From Candidatus Dojkabacteria bacterium (GTDB taxonomy: Bacteria; Patescibacteriota; Dojkabacteria; JAHIVN01), in the NCBI GenBank assembly GCA_016932045.1, contig JAFGDO010000005.1:36739-100738 (forward strand): DNA of 64,000 bases, written 5' to 3'. This document shows positions 31,185 through 40,683 of the stretch, in pieces. The position numbers and the translations under genes are program-made. The notes below the pieces were generated by a model. It did no database searches, had not been told where the DNA came from, and saw only the letters and a list, made by a program, of their open reading frames with translations. Positions within the stretch are counted from its first letter, which is position 1; the number at the start of each line of letters is the position of its first letter.

Positions 31185-31706
31185 CTACAATATTCCTAAT
31201 TTACTCACTTCTTCGACAAGATAACTATGGCTGTCACCTTCAACCGGAAGTACTTCTGCATTACTTTTAATATATTTCTCAAAAAGTATTTTAATCTTAT
31301 CAAAAGAGCCGTAAGGGTCTTCCTTCTCCTGCACTACAAACAATTTAATATCGTTCAGATTTCTTAGGTTTTTGTACTTCTCAGAGAATTCTTGAAGATC
31401 CGAGTCTCCAAGAGGAACACCAAGAAAAATCACTTTTTTTAGCTTTTTTAGATCGATATTGTTTAATGCATAAGAAAAGATCACTGTTCCGACCGACTTT
31501 GCTACTACCGTTATGTCTTTCTTCGGCCCTTCAAACATACCTGCTATTCTTTCAATTTCCTCATGTATATTAATTACACTGTCATTTTTCCAATGCCCCC
31601 AGGGCACTGTGATTACATCATATTTATCTTGATAATATTTTTCATAAGTATCAAGCAGTTCCTGATTCCTAGCAGAGTTACCCGGAAGAATTACTAATGG
31701 CTGCAT
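31185..31706 (-). CDS. Alpha/beta-fold serine hydrolase (YdeN/RBBP9-like)
   Basis: 173 aa with a nucleophile-elbow-like VVAKSVGT and His/Asp candidates near the C-terminus (EGDSHSY). The family assignment is tentative. Confidence 0.4.
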   Translation of the reverse strand: MQPLVILPGNSARNQELLDTYEKYYQDKYDVITVPWGHWKNDSVINIHEEIERIAGMFEGPKKDITVVAKSVGTVIFSYALNNIDLKKLKKVIFLGVPLGDSDLQEFSEKYKNLRNLNDIKLFVVQEKEDPYGSFDKIKILFEKYIKSNAEVLPVEGDSHSYLVEEVSKLGIL

Positions 31707-31853
31707 AAGTGAAATTATACTTAATTAATATCTCATAAGTATAATTTCTGAAGAGTATCACGTCAACAACTCAAAGTTTTAAATGTTATTTGAATACATT
31801 CTATAATAACTGTAAAATATAGAATTCGTATCTTTAGATTTTATTAAAAAAAA

Positions 31854-32069
31854 ATGGCAACCTCCCAAAAAAGACCGAAAATGCTTTACCGATCTGAATC
31901 AAACCGTATAATAGCAGGAATATGCGGGGGAATCGGTGAGTATTTTGAATTAGATCCAACAATTATAAGAGTCCTTTGGATTATATTGTCGCTTGCTGGA
32001 GGACCCGGAATCTTTGCTTATCTCATCCTTTGGCTTGTAGTACCGACTGAATCTCAAGTAAAGAGATAG
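31854..32069 (+). CDS. PspC-domain membrane protein
   Basis: LYRSESNRIIAGICGGIGEYFELDPTIIRVLWIILSLAGGPGIFAYLILWLVVP matches the PspC domain consensus. Confidence 0.7.
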   Translation: MATSQKRPKMLYRSESNRIIAGICGGIGEYFELDPTIIRVLWIILSLAGGPGIFAYLILWLVVPTESQVKR

Positions 32070-32092
32070 AAAACTGACTTAATTCATAGTAA

Positions 32093-32818
32093 TTGATGAA
32101 TTTTACATATACCATAATATCTACAATAATCATAAGTTTGTCCTCTTTTGTAGGAGCATTAACACTGGCCATCAAGAAACAATATCTTTCAAAAATATTG
32201 TTAATACTAGTTTCTCTTTCAGCAGGAACAATGTTAGGAGGTGCTTTCATTCATTTACTACCCGAAGCTTTAGAAAATCTCGACCCGGAGATTGTCTTTA
32301 TTCTTGTTCTAGTCTCTTTTTGTATATTCTTTGTTATTGAAAATTTCTTGTACTGGCGACATTGCCACAAACAAGAATGTAAACAGCATCCGTTCGGCAT
32401 CATGAATCTTATCGGGAATGCAATTCACAATTTCACTGATGGTTTAATAATTTCCTCAGCATTTCTTCTAGATATAAACCTTGGCATAACAACTGCTATA
32501 GCAATAGCACTACACGAAATACCACAGGAAATAAGTGACTTCGGGGTTCTAATACACTCAGGATTTGAGAAGAAAAAAGCTTTAATTCTCAATTTTCTTG
32601 TTGCCTCTACTGTTATCCTTGGGGGACTATCTGGTTTCTTTTTATCTTCCAAAATTCACGATCTCACAGATTATATGGTCCCATTTGCGGCTGGGGGATT
32701 TATCTATATCTCTGCTTCAGATCTCATACCCGAAATACGAACTGAAAGGGAACTAAAGAAAATCCTGTGGAATTTCTGCGTTTTTCTACTGGGGTTATTA
32801 CTCATGTACTTCCTTTAG
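32093..32818 (+). CDS. ZIP-family divalent metal transporter (ZupT-like)
   Basis: HNFTDGLIISSAF and HEIPQEISDFGVL are the two ZIP signature His motifs; 8 TM helices. Confidence 0.8.
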   Translation: MMNFTYTIISTIIISLSSFVGALTLAIKKQYLSKILLILVSLSAGTMLGGAFIHLLPEALENLDPEIVFILVLVSFCIFFVIENFLYWRHCHKQECKQHPFGIMNLIGNAIHNFTDGLIISSAFLLDINLGITTAIAIALHEIPQEISDFGVLIHSGFEKKKALILNFLVASTVILGGLSGFFLSSKIHDLTDYMVPFAAGGFIYISASDLIPEIRTERELKKILWNFCVFLLGLLLMYFL

Positions 32819-32826
32819 CCAAAACA

Positions 32827-33054
32827 TTAAGAAAAGTCAACATCTCCAATAGTATCAGATAAATCCGTTGAATCTGTATACTCTTCATCTGGAATGCCAT
32901 TTAGCTGCGATATAAAGTTAGGGTCGAAACCCCTAGCTTGAGCTAAGTTAATAATTTCATCTTTACTAATAGGATAGTCAAGTTCGTTTAAAAAATTGTC
33001 TACATCTTGTGCACTATTAAGAATCTTTTTCTCAGTCGTTGTTCTATCATCCAT
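32827..33054 (-). CDS. DUF2795-family small protein
   Basis: 75 aa with VDNFLNELDYPISKDEIINLAQARGFDPNFISQLNGIPDEEYTD, matching the DUF2795 pattern (L.G..YPA.K.EL...A...GA......L..LPD..Y). Confidence 0.55.
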   Translation of the reverse strand: MDDRTTTEKKILNSAQDVDNFLNELDYPISKDEIINLAQARGFDPNFISQLNGIPDEEYTDSTDLSDTIGDVDFS

Positions 33055-33296
33055 TTTTGGTATTGCTGATAATCTTAAATTATTAATATACTACATTATC
33101 CGTTTCCTTTGGTCAAAGCCATACACTGTAACAGACAGAGATTACTATTCGTTATACTTAATAGTAATATGTGCTGTGGCAAGTATAAGCAAGACCAAGG
33201 CCTTTTACTATAGACTTAAGATACACTCAGTCTATAGACATCTATAACAAAAACATGCTACAGTATATAGAATAAGTAAATAGAAATTGTAACTAT

Positions 33297-35105
33297 ATGC
33301 TTCTTTCACTCTTTCCTTCAAAGAACAAAATTAAGGCAGAATTACAAAAAAGAAGGGTAGTAGGGTCCTCCTGGTCTAAGCTTATTGACATATCTGTCAT
33401 TATTCCTATCCGCAGAGAATATAGTAATGGTAATCTTCTAGGGCTCCTTCATTCATTTTCTAAAATCCAGATGGAAACCAACCGTAATTTTTATCTGATA
33501 TTTATAATTTATAATCAAGAGAACATATCATCTGACATCAAGGAGGAAAATGCCATCTCATATTCAATTATAAATTATCTTGTAACTTCAAATAAGTCAA
33601 AGCTAGAAAAGCATAAAGTCCTATTTAAACAAAAGGGAATTAGTGAGAATATAATCCAGAAAATTGAGAACATAAAACGAACAGGAATTAAAGTAGCAGC
33701 CATAGATATGTTTAGTGAAGGTATAAAAGCAGAGGAGCTTTCATTAGTAGCAAAAATTGGTTTGCTGTATGCACATAAGCATTTTGATTCTTGCAATAAA
33801 CCAAATGGACTCATTACCTTTTTGCATGCTGAAGATAGACCAGTACTGGAATACATTGAAGAAATAATAGCAAGTAGCAAGAATTTGAAGTTTTTTCAAG
33901 CACTTTTATTACCGCGGAGTTACAAGCTTGAATCAGAACCTGAAGCAAGAAAATATCCAAATGAAGCTTCAAGATTACTTGAATTCTCTGCTAATTATCA
34001 TTTCGAATATAAATTCAATTTTTATAGACAGACTTTCTTTAATTTTTTTATCAATGAAAAACCTCTGCTTGCATTTAAAGAACCATATGCTGTTTTGCGC
34101 TCCTCGTTGGTTCCGGAAATTTTAAAAAGTAGTGCAGCCCCTTATGAAACCGAGAAAGATATGGTTGATGAAAGCTGCTTAATTAGTGAGACTCTTTTGA
34201 ACCTCGGAAAGATATTGTATATGAAATTTCCTTTGACGAAGAGATATGAGCGCTCTTATCAAAAACCTCTTAACGCAAGACAAATATTAGAAAAAATCAT
34301 TAGTAGAGAAGAAAAAATCCTTCAAAAACATGGAAAGTTTGAAAGATTTGATTGCGCTATACTCCGACGTCTAATTACAAATAACGTTCAAGATAATCTA
34401 GTTAAAATTACACGCATAGAAAAATTTTTCGATTACTGTGGCATTATCATAGACACAAAACTATTCACTGAAATAGCTAGCAACCTTGCTGCAACTTCAC
34501 TAGGTAGACGCCTGCAGACTACATCACTAAACAACACTCCTTTAGAGCCACATAAGGTCTTTGAATTATTGAGGCAATACTTCACGATAAAAAAGGAAGC
34601 TTTTTTGGTTGACGAACTTGATTTTACCTATACTCTTCAAGATTTTTTCTTAAACGTTATGGAAGATGACAATGTATCTACCAAATTTTTAAGGAGTACA
34701 GTTGCCGAATCTGAAATAAAGGAAAACAAAGCCATAGAATCGAACAACTTTCATCTGCCAGATCTATATCAGGCACTTGCTTCGGATCAAAATACTGATC
34801 TTCTTCGATGGGAGTTTTTAAAAACAGTTTACACAAAAAGTATGTCTCTCAACATTTTTAAGCAAGAAGTCAGCAAAGCTTATCCGCAGTATTTTGTAAA
34901 GAACCCCCATATTCGAGGAATTTCAAATTCTAAACTCCGAATGAGAAGAGCAGCATATAGAATGTGTGGACTCCTTCATTGGATAAGTGAAATCGTTGCA
35001 CAAAACAAAACCCTTCCAATAGGCGCATTAGCATTTCTTGAAACACTGAAGGATATGAATCCAGTTTCGGTAGAAGAATATAGAAAGATTCATCCAGCTG
35101 AGTGA
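33297..35105 (+). CDS. Large hypothetical protein (602 aa) with a GT-A/GT2-like N-terminal motif
   Basis: Long, very AT-rich ORF. The N-terminus has IDISVIIPIRREYSNGNLLGLLHSF, reminiscent of the GT2 (V)SVIIP.YN motif. The remainder has no recognisable motifs. Confidence 0.5.
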   Translation: MLLSLFPSKNKIKAELQKRRVVGSSWSKLIDISVIIPIRREYSNGNLLGLLHSFSKIQMETNRNFYLIFIIYNQENISSDIKEENAISYSIINYLVTSNKSKLEKHKVLFKQKGISENIIQKIENIKRTGIKVAAIDMFSEGIKAEELSLVAKIGLLYAHKHFDSCNKPNGLITFLHAEDRPVLEYIEEIIASSKNLKFFQALLLPRSYKLESEPEARKYPNEASRLLEFSANYHFEYKFNFYRQTFFNFFINEKPLLAFKEPYAVLRSSLVPEILKSSAAPYETEKDMVDESCLISETLLNLGKILYMKFPLTKRYERSYQKPLNARQILEKIISREEKILQKHGKFERFDCAILRRLITNNVQDNLVKITRIEKFFDYCGIIIDTKLFTEIASNLAATSLGRRLQTTSLNNTPLEPHKVFELLRQYFTIKKEAFLVDELDFTYTLQDFFLNVMEDDNVSTKFLRSTVAESEIKENKAIESNNFHLPDLYQALASDQNTDLLRWEFLKTVYTKSMSLNIFKQEVSKAYPQYFVKNPHIRGISNSKLRMRRAAYRMCGLLHWISEIVAQNKTLPIGALAFLETLKDMNPVSVEEYRKIHPAE

Positions 35106-35275
35106 TAAGGAAGACAGAAGGTATAAATGATGGATTTAATCCACGAATAAATCATAAATCTGCACTACATACTCTCATCTTTTAACAACTTTCATTTTTA
35201 CTTTTATTTCTTCTTGGCTAAATAATCATTCCCTGCTAAAATTCATCCAGAAATCTAGATATAAATTCTTTCCAA

Positions 35276-36652
35276 ATGGTCCAAGTTTTTATAAAAGACA
35301 TACCTAAGTTACAGAGCCTAGATGAAGAGGTTATCATTAAAGGTTGGTTATTTAATAAACGGTCATCAGGTAAAATTCATTTCCTTCAAGTAAGGGACGG
35401 CACAGGTTTCATACAGGTGATTGTTGAAAAAGGTAATGTAAAAGATAATGTATTCCAATCCTGTAACGAACTGACTCTTGAATCCTCAATAATCATAGAG
35501 GGAAAAGCAAAGAAAGACGATCGTGCTCCATCAGGCTTTGAAATGGATTTAACCGACTTAAAAGTTATTCAGCTGGCTCATGAATATCCGATTCAAAAAA
35601 AAGAACATGGTATAGAATTTCTGCTTGACAATAGACATCTGTGGCTTCGAAGTCCAAAGCAATGGGCCATACAAAGGATCCGGAATACAATCATAAACTC
35701 GATTTTTGAATACTTAAACTCACAAGGTTTTATTAAAATAGATTCTCCGATTCTCACACCTACCGCCTGTGAAGGCACTACCACACTTTTCCCCGTACCT
35801 TACATACCTTCATGGAAGGACGAAGGGAAAGGTGATGCAATTAAAGTTTTTGTTCCTAACTCAAAAACGGAATCAAATGACAAACCTTTTGCCTTTCTAA
35901 CTCAATCCGGACAACTTTATCTTGAAGCAGCAATATTTGCACACAGAAGAGTTTTCGATTTCGGTCCGACATTTAGAGCAGAGAAAAGTAAAACACGCAG
36001 GCACTTAACAGAATTCTGGATGATGGATGCTGAAGCAGCATTTGTTGAGCATAGAGAGAATATGAAAATTCAAGAAGAATTAACCGTTGCGATTGTCAAG
36101 AATGTTTTAGATAAGAATACAAAGGAACTAGAAATGCTAAAGAGGAACATTAAAAGTCTTGAGAACTCCGCACAAGGCAAATATACAATAATCACACATA
36201 AAGAGGCAATAAAAATCACAAACAAACTCGGATCAAAGGTAAGTGAAAGAGATGACTTTGGAGCAGAAGATGAAACAATTCTTCCAAAAGAATTTGATCG
36301 TCCAATATTTATCGAAAAATATCCAAAAGAGGTTAAGGCTTTCTACATGAAAGAAGATGCTAATGATAAATCACGAGTTCTTAACGATGATATGTTAGCA
36401 CCAGAAGGTTACGGAGAAATAATTGGAGGAAGTCAAAGAGAAGATGATTATGACAAATTGTTAAAAAGGATAAAGGAAGAAAAACTCCCTGTAAAAGACT
36501 TCGAATGGTACTTGGATCTGAGAAAGTATGGGAGTGTTCCTCACAGTGGTTTCGGCATTGGACTTGAAAGGTATGTCACATGGATCTGCGGTCTTAAGCA
36601 TATCCGAACAACCATACCTTTTCCAAGAATGATAAATAGGTTAAGACCGTAA
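35276..36652 (+). CDS. asnS: Asparagine--tRNA ligase
   Basis: N-terminal OB fold (IKGWLFNKRSSGKIHFLQVRDGTG). Class II motifs are FGPTFRAEKSKTRRHLTEFWMMDAE, GGSQRE and YGSVPHSGFGIGLER...IPFPR. Confidence 0.85.
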   Translation: MVQVFIKDIPKLQSLDEEVIIKGWLFNKRSSGKIHFLQVRDGTGFIQVIVEKGNVKDNVFQSCNELTLESSIIIEGKAKKDDRAPSGFEMDLTDLKVIQLAHEYPIQKKEHGIEFLLDNRHLWLRSPKQWAIQRIRNTIINSIFEYLNSQGFIKIDSPILTPTACEGTTTLFPVPYIPSWKDEGKGDAIKVFVPNSKTESNDKPFAFLTQSGQLYLEAAIFAHRRVFDFGPTFRAEKSKTRRHLTEFWMMDAEAAFVEHRENMKIQEELTVAIVKNVLDKNTKELEMLKRNIKSLENSAQGKYTIITHKEAIKITNKLGSKVSERDDFGAEDETILPKEFDRPIFIEKYPKEVKAFYMKEDANDKSRVLNDDMLAPEGYGEIIGGSQREDDYDKLLKRIKEEKLPVKDFEWYLDLRKYGSVPHSGFGIGLERYVTWICGLKHIRTTIPFPRMINRLRP

Positions 36653-36819
36653 TAGCAGGTTAATGTCAAATCTAATATAGATTACCCAATGATCGTCCCT
36701 CTACCATTGGTATAATATTCAATTACCAATAACCAATAATCAAACAAGAATTTTTCTTTTAGGAATGTACAAATACCGACAAAATTGGTAATACAGAATT
36801 GTCTTTCGTAACCAATATA

Positions 36820-37176
36820 ATGGGTAAACGTTACCACAATTTTGATCTAGAGGAGAGAACTTATAACTTTGCTAGGTCGGTGAGTTTTCTATGCAAGAGG
36901 ATTCCTCTAAACGTAATTAATTCTCCTTATATTTCTCAAGTCATTAGATCGAGCAATTCCTGTGCAGCTAACTACATTGAAGCAAATGAGTCGTGCAGTA
37001 AAAAGGACTTTATCTATAGATTGAGAATTTCCCGAAAAGAAACTAAAGAGACAATACTACACTTAAGACTAATACAGGCTAATAATAAGAGTTTTCAGGA
37101 TAGGATATCCCCATTAATCAATGAAGCTACTGAATTGATAAAGATATTCTCAACTATAATAAATAAATCCCTGTAA
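36820..37176 (+). CDS. Four-helix-bundle protein (23S rRNA IVS-protein / Avd-like family)
   Basis: About 118 aa with YHNFDLEERTYNFARSVSFLCKRIP...SQVIRSSNSCAANYIEANESCSKKDFIYRLRISRKETKET, matching the TIGR02436-type pattern (F...Y......FP..E...L.SQ..RAA.SI..NIAEG..R.S.K.F..FL.IA.GS). Confidence 0.6.
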   Translation: MGKRYHNFDLEERTYNFARSVSFLCKRIPLNVINSPYISQVIRSSNSCAANYIEANESCSKKDFIYRLRISRKETKETILHLRLIQANNKSFQDRISPLINEATELIKIFSTIINKSL

Positions 37177-37239
37177 CATGATCCATATTGATGCTCGAGG
37201 TTTGATTATTGAAGTTTGATTCTTGATTATTGATCATTG

Positions 37240-37281
37240 GACATTGGTTATTGATTATTGGACATTGGTTATTGATTATTG
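37240..37281. repeat. Perfect 2 x 21-nt tandem repeat (gacattggttattgattattg), preceded by degenerate copies from about 37205
   Basis: Direct reading of the sequence: ...ttgattattgatcattg GACATTGGTTATTGATTATTG GACATTGGTTATTGATTATTG attattag. It sits in the 130-nt gap between the four-helix-bundle gene and the GH3 gene. Confidence 0.85.
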
Positions 37282-37312
37282 ATTATTAGTCACTTCCTCA
37301 GTACAATTGCTT

Positions 37313-38521
37313 ATGCAGAGAATTCTTCTATTAATCAAAAAATTAGTGAAAGTAAAACCTCTAAAGAATCCATTAATTGTACTTCTCATTCTTCTCTTAT
37401 TCCTGAATGTAATCCTCACTGCTCTAATAATTCTTACTCACGTACATACAAATGGAATCTTTACGTCCTTGTCTGAAATTGATAAAGGAAAAGTAAGCTA
37501 TAATTATCAGATCTACCGCATAGAAACTCTTGTAAACAATACTTTTTTGCAAATGACACCCGAAGAAAAGGTGGGTCAATTATTTATGGTTTCAATTAAC
37601 GGTGGATACATAAACGACTCCATAAGATCACTCATTGAAGAATATCACATAGGTGGAGTAGTAATAATGTCGGGAAACATCACCGGACAAGAACAGCTGA
37701 AACAACTCATAAATGATATGCGAAATACTTCTGATACACCTCTTCTGATAGCAACTGATCAAGAGGGAGGAGTTGTTGCACGAATTCCATGGGACAATGC
37801 TCGTTACATATCACAACCACATATTGGCATAGTAAATAGAGAAGACTTTGCATATGAAACCGGAGTCGAACATGCACTAGCTCTTAAGAACTTTGGAATC
37901 GATATGAATTTGGCACCAGTTCTAGATGTTTCATTCATAACTGGAAGTGCAATGTCATCAAGAACACTAGGAGCTTCACCTAAAAAAGTTTCAGAATTAG
38001 GAATACAAATTATAAAAGCACATGAAGATAATGGTATCATCGCTACAGCAAAACATTTCCCAGGTATTGGAAGGACTACTACCGATTCCCATTACGCTCT
38101 TCCAGTTTTAGATATTTCAAAGGAGCAACTCGGAAGCGAAGAATTAATTCCTTTTAAAACCGCAATTGAAAACGATATAGATGTTATCATGACCGGACAT
38201 GCATTCTTCCCTCAAATTGATGGTGAGTATCCTTCCAGTTTATCTACGGTATTTCTCACCGATATCCTGAGAGGTGAACTAGGCTTCGATGGAGTAATAA
38301 TATCAGATGACCTCAATATGTCGGCACTTCGTGATTATCCAAATAAAGCAGTGGACGCTATTCATGCTGGAACAGATATCATCCTTATTGTTGATTCTTA
38401 TGAGAATCAGGTTACTTATATCGATCAAGTTAAGAAAGCAGTAGATGAGGGAACTATAAGTGAAAAGCAAATAACGAATAGCGTAAAGAGGATATTAAGA
38501 TTAAAGTATAAAAAAATATAA
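37313..38521 (+). CDS. nagZ: Glycoside hydrolase family 3 beta-N-acetylhexosaminidase (NagZ-like) with an N-terminal TM anchor
   Basis: DQEGGVVARIPW, KHFPGIGRTTTDSHYALPV (the KHFPGHG...DSH motif) and DVIMTGHAFFP. The N-terminal hydrophobic stretch is LIVLLILLLFLNVILTALIIL. Confidence 0.75.
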   Translation: MQRILLLIKKLVKVKPLKNPLIVLLILLLFLNVILTALIILTHVHTNGIFTSLSEIDKGKVSYNYQIYRIETLVNNTFLQMTPEEKVGQLFMVSINGGYINDSIRSLIEEYHIGGVVIMSGNITGQEQLKQLINDMRNTSDTPLLIATDQEGGVVARIPWDNARYISQPHIGIVNREDFAYETGVEHALALKNFGIDMNLAPVLDVSFITGSAMSSRTLGASPKKVSELGIQIIKAHEDNGIIATAKHFPGIGRTTTDSHYALPVLDISKEQLGSEELIPFKTAIENDIDVIMTGHAFFPQIDGEYPSSLSTVFLTDILRGELGFDGVIISDDLNMSALRDYPNKAVDAIHAGTDIILIVDSYENQVTYIDQVKKAVDEGTISEKQITNSVKRILRLKYKKI

Positions 38522-38690
38522 ATTAAGTTATAAACACCACTTTTCTTATAAATATCTAACTTAATTGTATCGTGAAGAATTTCAATGATCCAATATCGTT
38601 TGTCTCAAATTTAATTATTGAAATTCCTGAACGACAAGATAAATAAGTGCATACTAATCATCCTGCATCTCCTCTATACTTTTTAATAAA

Positions 38691-39095
38691 TCATATAGCA
38701 ATCTCACCAACTTTCCGCCAGATCTGATAATGCGGTTGTTCAGGAGGAACTCTTGGGACAGACTGATAAAAACCAGCAAGATCCCTTGGATATGCTCCGG
38801 CAGTCATGACAAAGCCTAAATCAGGGTTCTCTAATCTCTCACCAAGTAACACATTTAAAGGGCAACTCCAATGACAATTGGCACTGATACTAAGATGCAA
38901 TAAGTATACAGCCATTCCATCAGTCGCACATATTCCTTTATTACAAAAACCCATGCGGATAATTGCAGGACATAGCTCGTCCCGACTCACCCTAAACCCT
39001 GCAAGTCTTACTTCTGTCCATTCAGACTTAGGGAATATAATTGTGCCCTCTACGCTTAATGCCGTCGCTGCAACCGGCTCTACTTCTAATGTCAT
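38691..39095 (-). CDS. Hypothetical Cys/His-containing protein (locally higher GC)
   Basis: 134-aa ORF with a CPAIIRMGFCNKGICATDG ... ANCHWSCP cluster that could bind metal. No family recognised. Confidence 0.4.
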   Translation of the reverse strand: MTLEVEPVAATALSVEGTIIFPKSEWTEVRLAGFRVSRDELCPAIIRMGFCNKGICATDGMAVYLLHLSISANCHWSCPLNVLLGERLENPDLGFVMTAGAYPRDLAGFYQSVPRVPPEQPHYQIWRKVGEIAI

Positions 39096-39244
39096 ATGAA
39101 AATTGTAATGATTTAAGTATAGGATAATTATATTACAATCCCATAATAAACTCTATAACTGACACAATCATATAAAAACTAGGAAAAAATGAAAATATCT
39201 AGATATGTATTCTAAGGATAAGTCTTCTATTCTCTAGAAATTCG

Positions 39245-40429
39245 TTATCTTTTTATATCTAGAATTACTTGAGCAGGAGCTTGTGTATAGTAAAGCTTAT
39301 AATCCTTTGCAGAAGTTAGCTTTATGTAATATGTTGAAACATTCGCTGCAAAACTACCTCTCATACCTATGACTCCCCCTACACTGTTATACGTTTCATC
39401 ATAATTTCCCGAAGCAGCAAAATCAGATTTCATATTTGAAATTACAACCTTTACTGCTTTTCCTCCATCATAATCAACTAACTCAGCTAAAACTGCTGGG
39501 ATATTACCAGTACCTACTGACTTGATCCTGTAAGTTATTCGAAAAACCCCCTCACCTGATAAATCCTGGTGACTTATGCCATCCATGACTATGGCATTTC
39601 CTTCTGCATCACCTGTTATATTTTGCTTATCTTTTGAAAACGAAAATTCTTGATCATCACCATTTGTGACCTCCTGCTCTTTTATATCAAGAATAATTCG
39701 ATCAGGACTTGACACAGAATGTAGATAAAAGGAGGTATCTTCTTTAATGCCGATGGAATAATAAGAAGTATTCGCCTCACTTGTTACATTATGAATAATT
39801 GTCGATACAACTGAACCTGAAACTTTTGCTTCACTGCCTACACCTATTCCTGATTTATCATCAGATAGACCAGCGATCTTTAGCTTAATCATATTTGCAC
39901 CTGATTCTAAAGTTGCACTTGTTAAAGGGACTCCTCCTTCTGAATCGAGATTAAAGGTTATTCTCATAAACCCCTCATAACCTTTTTGCTCCATCTTACC
40001 CAAAACTGCTTCAGTAACTGCTTCATCACCAACACTTTGAGCATCCGTTGAAAAATCCGAATCAGTAGGAGCATTTTCGGCAGAAGAATCTATTGACTTT
40101 TCACTTACATCAACTTCTTCAATTTCTTCTACTGCTTCACTCTCCAGAATCTCTTCTTCTTCAACGTACTCTTGCTGTTCTTCCGTTTCCTTATCCGGTT
40201 CCTCCCGTCCTTTATTCATATTGCTTATCCAGAGAACTCCAAGTATGATAATTACAACAATTCCGCCTACAACGATTGGCACAACTGGTAGTGATTTTTT
40301 ATTAAAAGAGACATCTGTTCCCAGTCGTTCATTTCTGGCCTGTGCTATAGCTGTATAGCGCTGCTTCCTTTGAGATAAACTAACATTTTCCATAACCGTA
40401 TTATAAGAAGTTACCTTTTTATAATACAA
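39245..40429 (-). CDS. Membrane-anchored protein with two AMIN-like domains
   Basis: A basic cytoplasmic N-terminus, one TM helix, an acidic linker, then two repeats of the pattern F(R/M)ITF...YY(S/I)....P.R(I/V)ILDIK, similar to the AMIN domain that targets septal peptidoglycan. Confidence 0.5.
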   Translation of the reverse strand: MYYKKVTSYNTVMENVSLSQRKQRYTAIAQARNERLGTDVSFNKKSLPVVPIVVGGIVVIIILGVLWISNMNKGREEPDKETEEQQEYVEEEEILESEAVEEIEEVDVSEKSIDSSAENAPTDSDFSTDAQSVGDEAVTEAVLGKMEQKGYEGFMRITFNLDSEGGVPLTSATLESGANMIKLKIAGLSDDKSGIGVGSEAKVSGSVVSTIIHNVTSEANTSYYSIGIKEDTSFYLHSVSSPDRIILDIKEQEVTNGDDQEFSFSKDKQNITGDAEGNAIVMDGISHQDLSGEGVFRITYRIKSVGTGNIPAVLAELVDYDGGKAVKVVISNMKSDFAASGNYDETYNSVGGVIGMRGSFAANVSTYYIKLTSAKDYKLYYTQAPAQVILDIKR

Positions 40430-40683
40430 TTAATAGAAAATCCATGCAAGAACCAGACTTAAGGTAAAAAGATTAAAGGCAATAAGTAAGAAATATGATG
40501 CAACAGCCCAGCCATCTAGCCATTTATCAATCTACTACCATCTACTAATAATGAAACTAGATAGCTATGTAGCTATATAAGTTTTCTGGTATAATACTCT
40601 TTAGCCCTTTTTTAATAAAAAAGAAAGGGTTGAACAATTTCTATATATATGTATAATGTTTTTGTTTTTGTTCTACCCAGAAG

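Noticed and set aside
36799-38521. Diversity-generating retroelement (Avd + TR/VR + RT) hypothesis
   Set aside because: The four-helix-bundle protein resembles Avd. However, no ORF in the window has reverse-transcriptase motifs (YxDD). No roughly 100-nt template/variable repeat pair differing at adenines was seen. The 21-nt tandem repeat is too short and identical.
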